NCBI GenBank assembly: GCA_040954595.2
Contig: CM082576.2
Coordinates: forward strand, 9,055,129 to 9,119,128
Direction: 5' to 3'
From: Balanoglossus misakiensis
Lineage: Eukaryota > Animalia > Hemichordata
Length of the DNA stretch: 64,000 nucleotides
Part shown: in pieces, positions 11,039 to 24,060 of the stretch
Position numbering within the stretch: position 1 is the first letter of the stretch
Layout of the letters: the number at the start of each line of letters is the position of its first letter
Position numbers and translations under genes: made by a program
Notes under the pieces: generated by a model
Database searches by the model: none
The model's input: only the letters and a program-made list of their open reading frames with translations
What the model was told of the DNA's origin: nothing

Positions 11039-14000
11039 TTAAGTTTCTCCGGTATATTCAGATTGAACAAGGTCGATCTCACTTGGGGTCACTGAACGTT
11101 CCTACAGGAACAAAAGAATCATGTGAAGTCTTGTTACGTTAAATCATTGCTACAATTTTACGTTCTGTAAATTGGGAAGTGGGGATTCATTCTCGATTTT
11201 TGCCAATCAACGTTTGCATTTTCAACTCACCTTTTTCTTCACTTTAAGATATTTGACAAGGAAGAATGCGCCCCCTGTAACAATTGGAAGAAAGTATTCT
11301 TAGAGAACTGTATAGATAAGTGATTGTATGCATGCATGCATGCATTCAATGTATGTCAGTGTCAGCCTTATATAGTTATTTGGGTACAAGATAAGTATGC
11401 ATAATTATCTTTAATGGGAAATGTATTCTTTTAGTCCTTTAACATTGATTTACGAGGCCATTCCTTGTAGAATACCCGACTTTAGGGGGTATAGCGTTGG
11501 CCTAAGGATAGCCATAATAACTCGAAATCTCGTAGAGTTTTGCAAGGGCCACGTTCGAGAAACTCACCGACTACAACAGCTGCCAAGGCAACACCCGCCA
11601 AAATCCCGACCAAGATTGCATACCACAGCTGTGGTTAAAAAAAAGAAAAGATTGTGACTGTCCATTTAAACTACATTTAGTTAATTTCAGTCTTAGTTCT
11701 TGTTGTTCTGCGTGCTGAAGAATGTTGGCACCCCCAGCCAGAGCCATGTTCACGTCGTGCTTGTCATTATAGGGTATTTATGTCATATTAGTTTTTATTA
11801 TAAATATATGCCTCTAAACAATGATTATGAGATTAAAACAACGGCTGACTAAAATGGACAATGATAAAGAAAGCGTTTATCTATAACCTTAAAGATAGAA
11901 AGACACAAAAGTAGGCCCCTATTCTAAACAATGTAGACAATTAGAGAATTCCCTCGAAACAAAATTATAATGACATTTTACTCACAGTACTGTCTTCAGA
12001 ACTATCTGTAATAAAGAGGAGAAATAAACAATAATACTCAGGGACAGAAAAAAATCCGATATAAAATTTAAATATAATACAGTAAGTACACAATGCTATG
12101 GTTACCTGTCCAGTCATACTCATCTGCATCCGCATCACAAACTAAACCATCTTGTGTTGGATGAGGATCGCCATCCGCGAAGCACACTCCATTGATCAAA
12201 CACGAGTCAGTCTGAACAAAAAAAAAACAAAAAAAATTCGTCGATTCATGTTTTTTCATAATCACCGCCGTTTAGACGGAAGCAGTTTAATTAAGACCTG
12301 AACAGAATTTATTGTATGGATGGATGGTGCTTTCAAGATATTTAACAAAATGACAAAAAATAATCCTCCCGAACAAAATAGTTGACAAGTAGGCCTATAC
12401 TCAACGAATGATATTTTGTTTTTTGCTGTACGGAGTAAGGACGGCACTGCTCCATCACTAGATCTATATCACCCTCTGTTGTCTATATAATCGGCCTGAT
12501 CAACATTAACGCTGCCCTCGGACTTCCATCTGTAAGCACGACCCATAAGTACTGAGATCAGAGAAAACTTTTAAAGTTACTCACTTTTTTGTTACACGAT
12601 CCAGAGGATTCACATTCCACGCAAACGGAATCGTAAACAGTGAAGTGGTACTCTTCGCTGAATAAAACCGCGTCGTTACTGACGGATATAACGTTGTCTT
12701 CCACTGGCGCGTGGTAACTCTGGTTACGGGTCTCAGAATACTCAATGATTATTTGCGGTGCTGGAAGCAGGCACGCAGCTTCGGCGAAATTCATGAGAGA
12801 TGCGTCTACCATAAATTCATGCACGTTGTTGTCCTGTTAAAAGCAGATAAATTGTCGTTTGGGCAATTCATTTTAGTGTTGACACACATAATCTAGGCCA
12901 AAAACGCAACGAGGACAGTTGCTATAGTATAACGGACGAAAATAAACGGTTCACGAAAAAAGAGAGTAATTCACAATAATGCTTGTGCCGTTTCAGCCTA
13001 TACTTACCATTTCTCGCCGGACTTTGCATGTAAGATTCTCAGAAGAATACATGTTTCCACCGACTGCGAATGCTGTCTCGCAAGGTTTATCTCTGACGTC
13101 ACACAAACCATCGTGTTTCAGATAATTCACCACTGGTGGCGCGTTGGCATCAACGGAGCAATCGCTACCAATGTACCCATCCTCACAATTGCAAACGTTG
13201 TCCACACACTCGCCCCGATTGCTGCAGTAGCCCGGACAGACGACGGACACAATATCAGATGGTGGAACGAGGTTGCCCTCATCGTCCTCCTCGTACAGAG
13301 ACAGGTTCCTGTACGCCACATCGACACAAGCACCTTCAAAAGCACTTAGAGATGAAACAGCAATGCTCGTATCATCAGAAACCTGTATAACCGCGAAAAA
13401 ATAATTATTTTTTAATAAAATGTATAGACGTGTTAGAGATCGCTCGTAAGGCTACAAGTACAATGTAGTGTGATTAAAGAATAACCTGGGAAAGAGGTGG
13501 TTTATATACACGAGATTTGTGTTGGTAACACAGGTCCCTGCAGTACAGCCACGTATATGTACATGTACATATGGAGTGACAGATATGTACCCAAACGATT
13601 ATGCATGGTATGAATGTATGTAAAAAGTCACATATTTTCTGTCACTATTAGTCATATGTTTGATCTGCACTATAATTACGAAATTAAAAAAAATACAAAA
13701 CTCAGGGCCACAGAAAGCATAATACCTGTATATCCGTAATACATGTATTCACGTAGTGTTCCAAGTCAATGTCAACTAAGTCTAAACACGATGCAGTAAA
13801 CGGTGCGTCAAGTATGAAGTTCTCGCAGTAGTCCCGGGCCATATCCTCTGTCATGCCACTTGGCGTGGGCCAGTCAGGTATATACGGTTCAAAGTCCGGG
13901 TCAGATTCAAAATTGAAGTCGTAATCTTCCTTGTAGTCACCATGGATGTCGCGTTCGTCAGATTCTGCCTTCGTGAGGATTGAGGTTTGAGAGCCCGATT

Positions 14001-17000
14001 CATAGCAAGGGTCAGTGTTACTGTAGCTGCCAACATAATTGTTTGTGACGTCATTTCCATTCCTGTCTGCTGCAGTGTGTTCTGTATAACCACAGCACAC
14101 CGTTGCATCGTCAGAATCTGCTGGGCAGTTGCACTGGATTGGATTGTCGTAGTCGATATTCGGCCAATCATTTTCTTCGAAGAAAAGGTTCTCGGAATCT
14201 GGAACTCTGAAATGGGAAAAAATGATTTGAAACACATGATATTGGCTTGCAATAGGAGTATACTGGTGAAAGATTTGAAATATGAAAACGATACAAGAAT
14301 CAGAAATACGATGCAGAGACACTCGAAATGTCAATGAAAGCATCACCTTAGATAAATGTACTTGACACTGTCAATTTCGTTTCATCCTTTACAATTGGAA
14401 TAAGAATCTTGCTGGTTTTAACCTGATACACTTTTATAAAATGGCCACCATTCGCAGACAATGTAAGTGTTATCCCCTCGCAGTCAACATATTTTAATAA
14501 TAACACGTGCTAGTGAGGGCAACGTCATGATTTTAGCCTGCACGAGGGAGGGTGGTCTTTACCATATTTTGCAATAAAGTGCGAGTTTTCGTTTCTACCT
14601 GCTTGTCCCAAATACATACTGTAGCTATAATCCGACACAAAGCAAGCTCGATTCCATGTTCTGTAATTGTCATACTTACTTCCAGGACTTTGCAAATTTT
14701 TGAACATCGTTTGTCATCTCCCCGTCGCGTGTAACCATGTCATCAGTTTTGTCAAGATTTGAGTTGCCACACAAAGCTTCAGTTTCACGTGCATAGTCGC
14801 TCGATATCATAGGATGCACGTTTATGTAACTATAGCTGCTGCTATAGATTACTTCCACCTCAACCATTGTTCCGGAGTACATATAGAACTGTCGAGTGAA
14901 AATAGTCATCTCGAAAGTCAAAACCGGCTGAATGATGATTAGTTTTCTGATTAATCCGTGGCAAAACGCATCCAACAGTTATTCCTTTTTAATACAAAGA
15001 AATGAAAACAAGAAAATTGCTATGATATTATTATATTCATTCTCACATAATACGTTTTATAGTCGTCAGAGATTCGAATCTGGGTACCATTAGATAGTCT
15101 TTCCGCTGGAACAACTAATTGAGGACTGGTCCTGTCGCAGTTATTCAGAATAATTAGATCGTTGTTTTCCTTCACAGCAATAGCACAGTTGCAAGTCACA
15201 CTCCAACAGTTGTCCAGGTAAGTCTGAATCTGGAGTGTTAAAATGTTGTTGATATATGAACATTTTTCTCTTGACAGCTAGGAAAATTTCAACTATATTT
15301 GTATTCGATGGCATGCATAATTTATAATTCGCGATGGAATTATGAAATGGTTATCTCAACAACAAACTCGCGTATGTGCCGTAACGCTTACCTCCAATTT
15401 TCGATTTTCTAAGCTTAAACTTCTAACTAGGGTGTAGAAGCCAGTGTTATAGAAATCGTACTCAAATCTATCCAGACATTTAGAGAAAAAAAGTGATATT
15501 AAGACTTTGACTTGGTTCCCAAGGTGAGAATGCGATAATTATGCAATGGTCTGTTATGCTGCAGGACTGTGTAGAACGTCGTGGGGAATGGCTCTAGACA
15601 GTGTCGTGGACAAATCGTTGTGACATATAGCCTAAAGCTTCTGCCTGTCCAAGACTATTTTGTATGTCCAGGGTTAAATTCAGCGTCGTGAACACAACCC
15701 CGTTTAGGATTTTTTCTGAAAAATATGCACAGCTGATCCTATGCGACTTCACACACCCATATTTCAAACATGTGTTCAGTCAGACTGGATACAGTCAGAA
15801 AGTTGCATCATTGTACACGGTCCAGAACCTGTATTACTAAGCTCGTGTCTGCACAGCTCTGAAATCATTACAACCTACCTGACCATATTTTCCAGTCTGT
15901 GCTACTTTTGTAAATAATTACTTACCCATCAAACGTCACGTAATGTGGATCACCCCAGGATGTGCAAATTGCATGTGGTCTACTGGGGATCTTGATCTGG
16001 AAATATATAACAGTTTACAGCTTTGTCAATTCTGTGATGTCATCATTCAAGATTGTTTGTAATAGTGTACCGCAATTATAATATGAGCAGAATGGGAAAC
16101 GTGGCTTTGCGAATTACAGTATACTACTGGGTTAACCGGTATTATTGTGTTCCAACAAATACATACAGTAAGTCAAAGAGTGCATTATTGCACTGTTTCG
16201 TACTAAAATTACATGAGCTAATTTCAAACTTAGAATTAAGTGACATTATGGCAGAACTTCATAACTTCTGCGCGCGATCTGTGCCGTACAGAAGTTATTT
16301 TTACGAGTCACTCGGTGTATTCTGCGACAGTACTTTCACGAACACAGCGAGTGAAAGCACAGCTGAATACTCCGCATCACGAGTGAAAGTAACTTCTATC
16401 GCGCACAGAGGTCATGGAGTCGAGTTCTGTTATTATGGCATATGTTTCTTCAGATTTGACGATAATTGAAGTTTCGGTCGCGGCATATTGATTTTCAGTA
16501 ATGCGATGCACCAGAAAGGATGCAACCAAGAGACGATCGTTCATTGGGCAAAATTATGCAACCTTTTTATGGAAAGTACATTGTAGGTCATGTCAGGTCA
16601 GTTCATCGGTGGTTTAGCTCAGGTCGCGAGATCGCATCGGCAGAATACTGGTTCCCAAACATACTGACAGCTAATTTTTGTTATTTTTTTCTGACAATAG
16701 TTGGGAAGGAAAATATGATGATGTGCCAGAATGTTGAAAAATCCCCACGTTTCGGCGACCATATATTTAAAAACTTAGCTCTAGGCGTTCGATGTTTACA
16801 AACAGAACATAGTCACACGTGTTTACTCATTTGCAAAAAATGTTATGGAATACCAAAAAATTATTAAATGGACACGTGACTAATTTTCACAGTTATTTCA
16901 TGGCTCATTAAAATCTCTATTAGTAAAACTTTTGACATGTTATACGTGGGGTTTGTTGTGAATATTAAATGAACAATATATTTTCTTCATTCTCACAGTA

Positions 17001-19583
17001 ATACCAAAGCAACGTAGTATAGTGAACCGCAGAATAATCTGCAGTACATATGCAATAATTCTTGTTATGTTATGTTATGTTATGTTATGTTATGTTATGT
17101 TATGTTATGTTATGTTATGTTATGTTATGTTATGTTATGTTATGTTATGTTATGTTATGTTATGTTATGTTATGTTATGTTATGGGTCCCATACCACACA
17201 GTTACTAGCAAATCAAAATAGGCGCAAAATGTAACTACTACAATGTACATCAATGCAAACGAAGTGGTTGTTACTTTGCAATGGACCGTACACCATGGCT
17301 AAAACTTACTGTGATTGGGTCTACGTCATAGGAATACCAAATATCTAGATATTCGCTCATACCCATAGGGATTATTCCATCCAGGTCAATTTCCATATAT
17401 CGCTCCCCGTCGTCAAGATTATCACGCGTTGCTAATACTGTAAACGTGGTTTCAGCTCGTCCAGTTGCATCATCCCAGTCGTTAGGGTATATCTTGATCT
17501 CACATTTGTTAGAAGTTGTCTGTGCCACACCGAGACTGTCATCTGATGAGACATCTAGGTAAACAACAACGGAATGAACAATAGATGATGTGATGTATTT
17601 CACACAAATGTCACGCAAATTAAAGAAATACGTTCAACCCCCAAAGCGACCACCCTCCCTCTGTGACTGTCTGTGTATCTCTGCCTATCTGTCCGTCTGT
17701 CTGTCCGTCTGTCTGTCCCTATTTCGGCCGTACGTGCATGTAAGGTCACCTGGTCAGTATAAAACTGGACATTTTGGTTTGAAATACTTGTTTATGTCTT
17801 GTTACAGACACACATGTGAAGCTCCTGCGCAAAACTGCAATGGCCTCTTTTGTGTTACCAATGCCTTACCCCTATGCAGCATTTGAAATGCCAGCATGCA
17901 CTTTCCCTCGTCGTTTGTGTTCCCTTCACATACGATAGGTACCGTCGACCAAATTCGCACGATTTTATCAGGTTCGTTCTCTCTAATTTGAATTGTGCCA
18001 CTTGGAGATGTCTAAACACATGTACATAAGAAATGGTATTTTTGAGGATTAGCCCTTGATAAAGGCAGATAAAGTGATTAGTTTTATGAAGTAAGAGATT
18101 TGTAAAATACATATCACAGGCGTACGACAAAATAACATTGCAAATTATAAAAAAATAAACCAACAACATTATGACAATAAATGTATTTATAAAATTATAA
18201 AAGTTTGAAGACATGGCGATATGAAATAAAATCTGCTCTAAAAAACTAAAAATAAGTAAATCGTACAATAGAAGCCAAACAAGTACTTATATTCTGATAA
18301 AGGTTTCATACCATACCTGAACACCAACAAAATAACGATCGCTTTGCTGGAATGGGCTTTTGTCACTGCCTTCATAGGATGTTCTGACGTGACATCGAAG
18401 CTGTAGATACAAATTATACGTGAGAATGGACACTTTGGAGGTCAGTGGTTTTAAGCTAGCCTCGATCATAAACCGAAAGGGCCTATAAATTAGTAGACTA
18501 CTGGATCGAACATCTGGCTTTGAAATGCCATATTTGAGACTTGGTTTATTTCGTTTGTAGTTAATCAGTCTTTTGCATGTTGTACATTCAGTTTACTTTC
18601 TTCATTCTACACCTGATATTTCACGAAAATTTCAAGGAAATGAAGTCTGGTTTTCAAATTGTAAAGAAAGAACTCAAGAAATCGGCACTCACATCAACCC
18701 CAAGTCTTCCTTCCTCGTATACCAATAATTTACCATCTAAAGCTACTTCCAGCACTTCAGTACCATAGTAGGTTTCCCGGGGTATTGTATCGTTATGAAC
18801 CTCGTTGTCAAAAAGCCACTCGATCTCAAATATGGCGTCAGGATCATCTTCACTATAGTTAATGATGCATTTGAAGTCGAAAGTCCCATCTTGATAACGG
18901 TTTGGCCCCTGTAGTGTTGGCGGGCCATCCATTACAGGGTACACAGCTATGAAAATATTATGTGAACAAATTCGATTGCGACATCAACGAATTGGCACAT
19001 TCAGGGTGTAGTGACTGAATGGAATTAGCAAATGATTAAAGAAGTGTTAAAGAATTAAATTATAATGAAGAGGTAGTTGGTAGTAATTAAAGAATTGAAA
19101 CCAAATGGTCAGGATGAAATATTTTTAGGTTGATGATAGTTACATGTATGTAAAGTTTATAGGCTTCTAGTGGGTGGGCGCTTAAAAACAAGATTCTTGC
19201 AATCTTTTCCCTCGACCTAAAAGTCGAGTCAGAATTTCACTTATGGGTGATAAATTCTTGAAAATGACTAAGTTCTCAACTAAATAACATGAATTTACTT
19301 ACTGCTGCAATTATGTTGTCCGTCTTCGTTACATATGACCTTATCACCTTGAAAAGGAAGTTACACAAGTATTGCAAATGGTGACCGTTTGTGTAGAATC
19401 CGAACAATAAAGTGTTCATGTACAAAGCAAGTATTATCCATGATCAATGTTGAGGGAGCCATTTGTTACACTGCAGCAAAACGGCAACGGTCGACCATAC
19501 TACATTTCCTGACCGAGTGTTTTATAAATTAAAGACTTAATCGAAACGGCCAGACAGACAGACAGACAGGCAGGCAGGCAGGC

Positions 19584-19650
<67 letters not shown>

Positions 19651-22099
19651 TAGACAGACAGACTGACGGACTGACAGACTGACTTACAGACTGAACGCAA
19701 ACATATTACAATTGTGGAATGTGTAACATTTAGCTGGGACCATTTAACATCATGCATAAAAGCCAGAGTGTAACGTGACATGCGAAAAATGGTTTTCCAA
19801 CCAAAATGACTAATCACTCTGTATTAGAAGGCAAGTTTGAAAGATGAAAGTACATTTAGATTTGGGAACGAACAGTCACAAACACATTTCCTGGCTTTTT
19901 GTATGCTTTTAACAGGGTTAACTTGAGACATGGCTAGGTGATTGTTCGAAATTTAGTCCAGGATAATGTCCGTGTAACTGTCGCCCCTTTCTCTTACAAT
20001 CGCAATGCCTTCCAGATAAATACTAAATACATGTACATGGCAGGCAAGGAAAAGGGATTCTCTTGTTGTTTTTAGAACAATAGGAAAAGCAAGTAATTAT
20101 AGACGGGTTTGAATTCGGCTATTGAGTTCTTGAATTCTACTTTTTTTTACAAGAGTTGTGGCTGAAGTTCAACTTAACATCAATAACGGGAGTGGTACGT
20201 CCCGAGTTAACGTAGGCGGTATTTAAATGAACCAATCTAAACGTGGAAATTAGACGTGCCACGAAAATATCACAAAATAGCAGCTATTGGATTTCAATTA
20301 TCCCTTCAAAGAATGCACTTCCTATAAGTAAACTTCTCTTAGGGTTTCGACATTTTTGAATAGCATCATGGTTTAAACGTTTGGACCTCAATAAAGAAAT
20401 TCATCCGCCCTTCCTTAGACATAACTGTCACATTCAAATATTGAAGAAGAAAATCAAAATCGTATAACCAGGTATCGTCTGCTCATTGTGATAAAAATAA
20501 ACGTTCGTACCTGCGCAGTAGGCATATGCGCATCCTGGCACTTGTGCCAATTTGTATACGTAGAAATCGCTACAGTTAGTTACGTTGATAGTAGAGGACC
20601 AATCACAGCATGTGAGGGTATCATACATCATGGTGCAGACTTCACGTTGCACATTTCCTTCTGCCACAGTCGGATGTTCTCCGTTCATCCAAATCGGATT
20701 GTGCGTGCCACAGTAGTCCTTCTGCACACATTCGGTCGGCATCATGCCACCTGCTGTGCTATCAAATCTTTTCCAGTCAAAACCTAAGTTTACGTCACAT
20801 AGGGGCTCTTCCCCAAGTCCAAGGCGGTAGCCAGTGCTGCGACGATGATCGGTGATGACGTCATAGTTTTCGCAAGGGTTAGAGGACGACAGCGTAGAGG
20901 CTGAAGGGAGATGTAATCTCATGATTAGTAGTATAACCGAGGCTGGGCCTGACAGCTTGCCCCCTGGGGTTTCCCTGGCCCTACAGAGCCTCCCAGCCCA
21001 ATCGGTTTAAAGTCAGATGTAGAGTTGGGCGCCGTCTTTACCTTTTCTGATTCGTGGCCGGCTGTTCTCCGTCTGCTTGGTGTACGCGCTTCCTTCCGAA
21101 CTGAACAACCAATACAGAGATGTCCGAACTCCCAGCTCTAATTAAATGTTCTATTCCCACAGAGTGTACATTTTGTTGGGAATTTTCAATTAGCCGTAAA
21201 ATAAAAAAATAATTGGTGGATGGGGATGGAGTTCAAAGACCTTATACGTGTGAATTTGATTTTTCGACTTGCGTGTACCAAGTATGAACGGGTGCGATGT
21301 GATGGATTTTTGTGCCTGGCTGCATGTCGTCGATCGGAGCTGCATGCAGTACACGAAAGGGGGTTGAAGGTGATCATTTTTGAATCTTACGAATTCCATA
21401 TCAAAGAACGTTGGGGGCACAAATGCGTGGTATATTTCTTTTAAATAAAAGAGACAAATGTAAAAAAGAGAGGCCAACTTAAACCGTTTGGTCGTACAAG
21501 GTGTCTTGAATGCGTAGTAAGAGTACTACATTCATCGAGATTGGCCAAAATGACAGAATACTTTCAATCCAACCGAATCACATTTGTGAGCCTAAGCAAG
21601 GAATACTCCAGTAATGTGTATATGTGGCCACCTGCCCATCACTACAGATTGCATTTTCCTTGTTTTCTAACGTTTTTACCACAAATGAGTGTAGGCGAAA
21701 ATAGATGAGCGCGTACCCCTGTTACATATACATCTGATATATAACTTCATGTTTGGGAGTTGTACAATATCTTTATCGTAAACCTAGGCGACGGGATCTT
21801 ACTAAACAAGTTAAGAAAGTTTATGATTTCAAAATGAAAACCGCACCTCTTTTCACAATCAGTGTACAGAAACATACTGTCTTTAAATCATTGTAGATTT
21901 AGCATGTAGGATAGGCTGTACAGCAATAGATCCGTGAATCGGCGACAGCATATCAATGTCGGTCTATAAATGCGCTCAGAAATTTGACATCTTTCTCTCA
22001 CACTGCGAAAGTAATGTTTATCAAATTATAATCGGATTAAAGCATCTTACCCGAGAGTATAATGGTCAAATAGGAGAAAAGTGGAAGTACGGCGAACAT
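11039..22099 (-). CDS. von Willebrand factor D and EGF domain-containing (VWDE-like) type I membrane protein with N-terminal UMOD/GP2/OIT3-type D8C domain, 22 coding exons, ~1101 aa
   Basis: Phase-consistent exons 22051-22099 and 21680-21718 (signal peptide MFAVLPLFSYLTIILSGVRA), 21279-21339, 21042-21100, 20511-20900 (D8C: CGTHNPIWMNGEHP...YAYCAG), 19303-19347, 18693-18946, 18317-18400, 17870-18011, 17310-17554, 15926-15996 (CTSWGDPHYVTFDG), 15392-15467, 15047-15229, 14680-14888 (LCGN), 13726-14206, 13008-13382 (EGF CPGYCSNRGECVDNVCNCEDGYIGSDC), 12585-12833, 12106-12211, 11986-12005, 11568-11628 and 11231-11274 (TM LWYAILVGILAGVALAAVVVGGAFFLV, then KYLKVKKK), 11039-11101 (stop). Total 3306 nt. 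The first four small exons are less certain. Confidence 0.9.
17063..17184. repeat. (TTATG)n pentanucleotide microsatellite
   Basis: Perfect tandem array in an intron; explains the CYVML-repeat ORF. Confidence 0.97.
19551..19693. repeat. (CAGA)n microsatellite
   Basis: Tandem GACA/GGCA array in an intron; explains the LSVC-repeat ORF. Confidence 0.97.
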
Positions 22100-22239
22100 C
22101 CTCAATCGAAATCTAGTCTTCCAGATTCTGGCACTCTTGTATGGTACAATGATGAGTCCGGGCACACTGTGGCCCGGGTTATTGTCTTTCCAGTCGAATA
22201 TGGTATTGTCTAAGCAAAGTGACCACAGTCTCAGATTCG

Positions 22240-22290
22240 ACACCAAGTTAAATGTATCGCTACGCACCAAGTCAAATGTATCGCTGCGCA
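22240..22290. repeat. 24-bp tandem duplication upstream of the VWDE-like start codon
   Basis: CACCAAGTTAAATGTATCGCTACG followed by CACCAAGTCAAATGTATCGCTGCG. Confidence 0.8.
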
Positions 22291-24060
22291 GTATCACAGC
22301 ATCGGCAGCCTACATGAATGTAGGCTCTATATCACCTCGTAATCACGAGATCAATAAATTGCAAAGCCATCGATGTGACAGCACAGTACCATCCCCAAAG
22401 AGGTACGAAGCTATTTGGGAATTTTGTGCGGAAAAAAGGGGTTTTCCCATCTCTTTGCTTTTTTCAATCTTTGTGATTCCATGGAGAAAATTGCCAGGGA
22501 ACCTTTTTTTCAAACTGGAAACAATTCATTTATTTAGTATTCATTTATTTAGTATTTAGAGTGGCTACATTTTTTTTATTCTCGTGTGAGTTCGCGTTAT
22601 GTCTGATTCATCTTTTTCCAATTAAGGTGTTCGACTCGGTCCGATCGAGTAAAATAAAAAAAATAGACTAGTAAATAGAATACTTGGCAAGAATATATTG
22701 GTAAATGTCCCTCAGCTGCTTATAAAAAGACTATACTGACATTGACAGGCCTTATCTGCATTAACGGGGACGCGGATCATGAAGTTTGTGTACGTGAGCG
22801 TGAAGGGAAAACCCCTCCGCCAATGTCAAATTCGATATTGCACGTGTAGTAGAGGGACTGCTGTCAAAGACATGATATACTGTTATCATTATCCAATTGA
22901 GGGTAGCCTAGCGACGATGACAACAGTATTATTAATTGACGCTCGTACCAACCTTTGTACATGTATACAAGAAAAAAAAAGAACTTGGCAACCGGGAATT
23001 ATGTGAGGTTGTCAATTGGTCTTATCTCAGCACTTTGTCGTTGGTATTTGTACAGAAGAGCTAGAAAATGTATATTCTTGTCAAATTCTACCGTATACTG
23101 CAGCACAAAGGAATGCCCCCGTTTCGCGTTGAAAAGCAACACACGACAAAAATATCGGGATTTCAGCATTTACTGTTCAACTAACATGAAAGTGACATCA
23201 AATTTAGATAAAATAATTAGATAATTAGATAAAAAATAATCCTAAAAAGACCACTTTTGCAAAAATGTACGTGAGTGAGGAGTCTTTTTGAAAACAAAGA
23301 AGAAAACGGGTTGTTAGTGTTCATTAAAATGCCCACTTTAATTTTTGTTTACAGAGAGAGAAGTGGACATTTTGAATTTCAAAATTGAAACAAGTTTGCT
23401 TTCCAATCAAAATTTCGCACGGTAAACCCTAAAATTAGCGAAATTTGAGAAAGGGTTAAGACATTGACATTCATACTTAACTGTTAGTCAAAATTGAAGA
23501 CATTCGATAGAATACACTGCTTAGACAAATCCGGTATATTATATTTTATTTTTATGATTCAGAATAATACTGACTGCCACTTGGCATTTATTTTAATGTG
23601 AAAAGCAGTTCGCGACCGTTACTGAATAGCAACAGGTCGGAGCTCCGTCACGACCCTACAAACGGGCTTAGTTTTTTTTAAATAGTTTCATATTGTCATT
23701 TATCACTATGAAAATCATCAATACTACATTAATCTAGACGTTCTGTCACCATATGTTTTGTATCTAATGACTCAGAAGCTCATGCATCTTTCTGTTGAAC
23801 AACGTGTGATGTCACCGATTCGATCATTAGTTGAAGCACAAGTCGAACTATTCTTGCTCCAAGACTGTGTGATACTGAAAATGAAATGCGCGTCCGCGTT
23901 ACGTATAGAACGTCCTGTGGACGCGACGCTTATTAGGATAAATATCTGTATTATGTTTTAGATAGATGACGTATTCTTCATTATTTTAAATGATGGATAC
24001 TCCTGCGCGAAATATACATGTTTTAATCAGAACGCCCCATACTGTCAAGTTGACCAATAA

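Noticed and set aside
17022-17234. CYVML-repeat ORF, and the similar LSVC-repeat ORF at 19500-19817
   Set aside because: Microsatellite translations.
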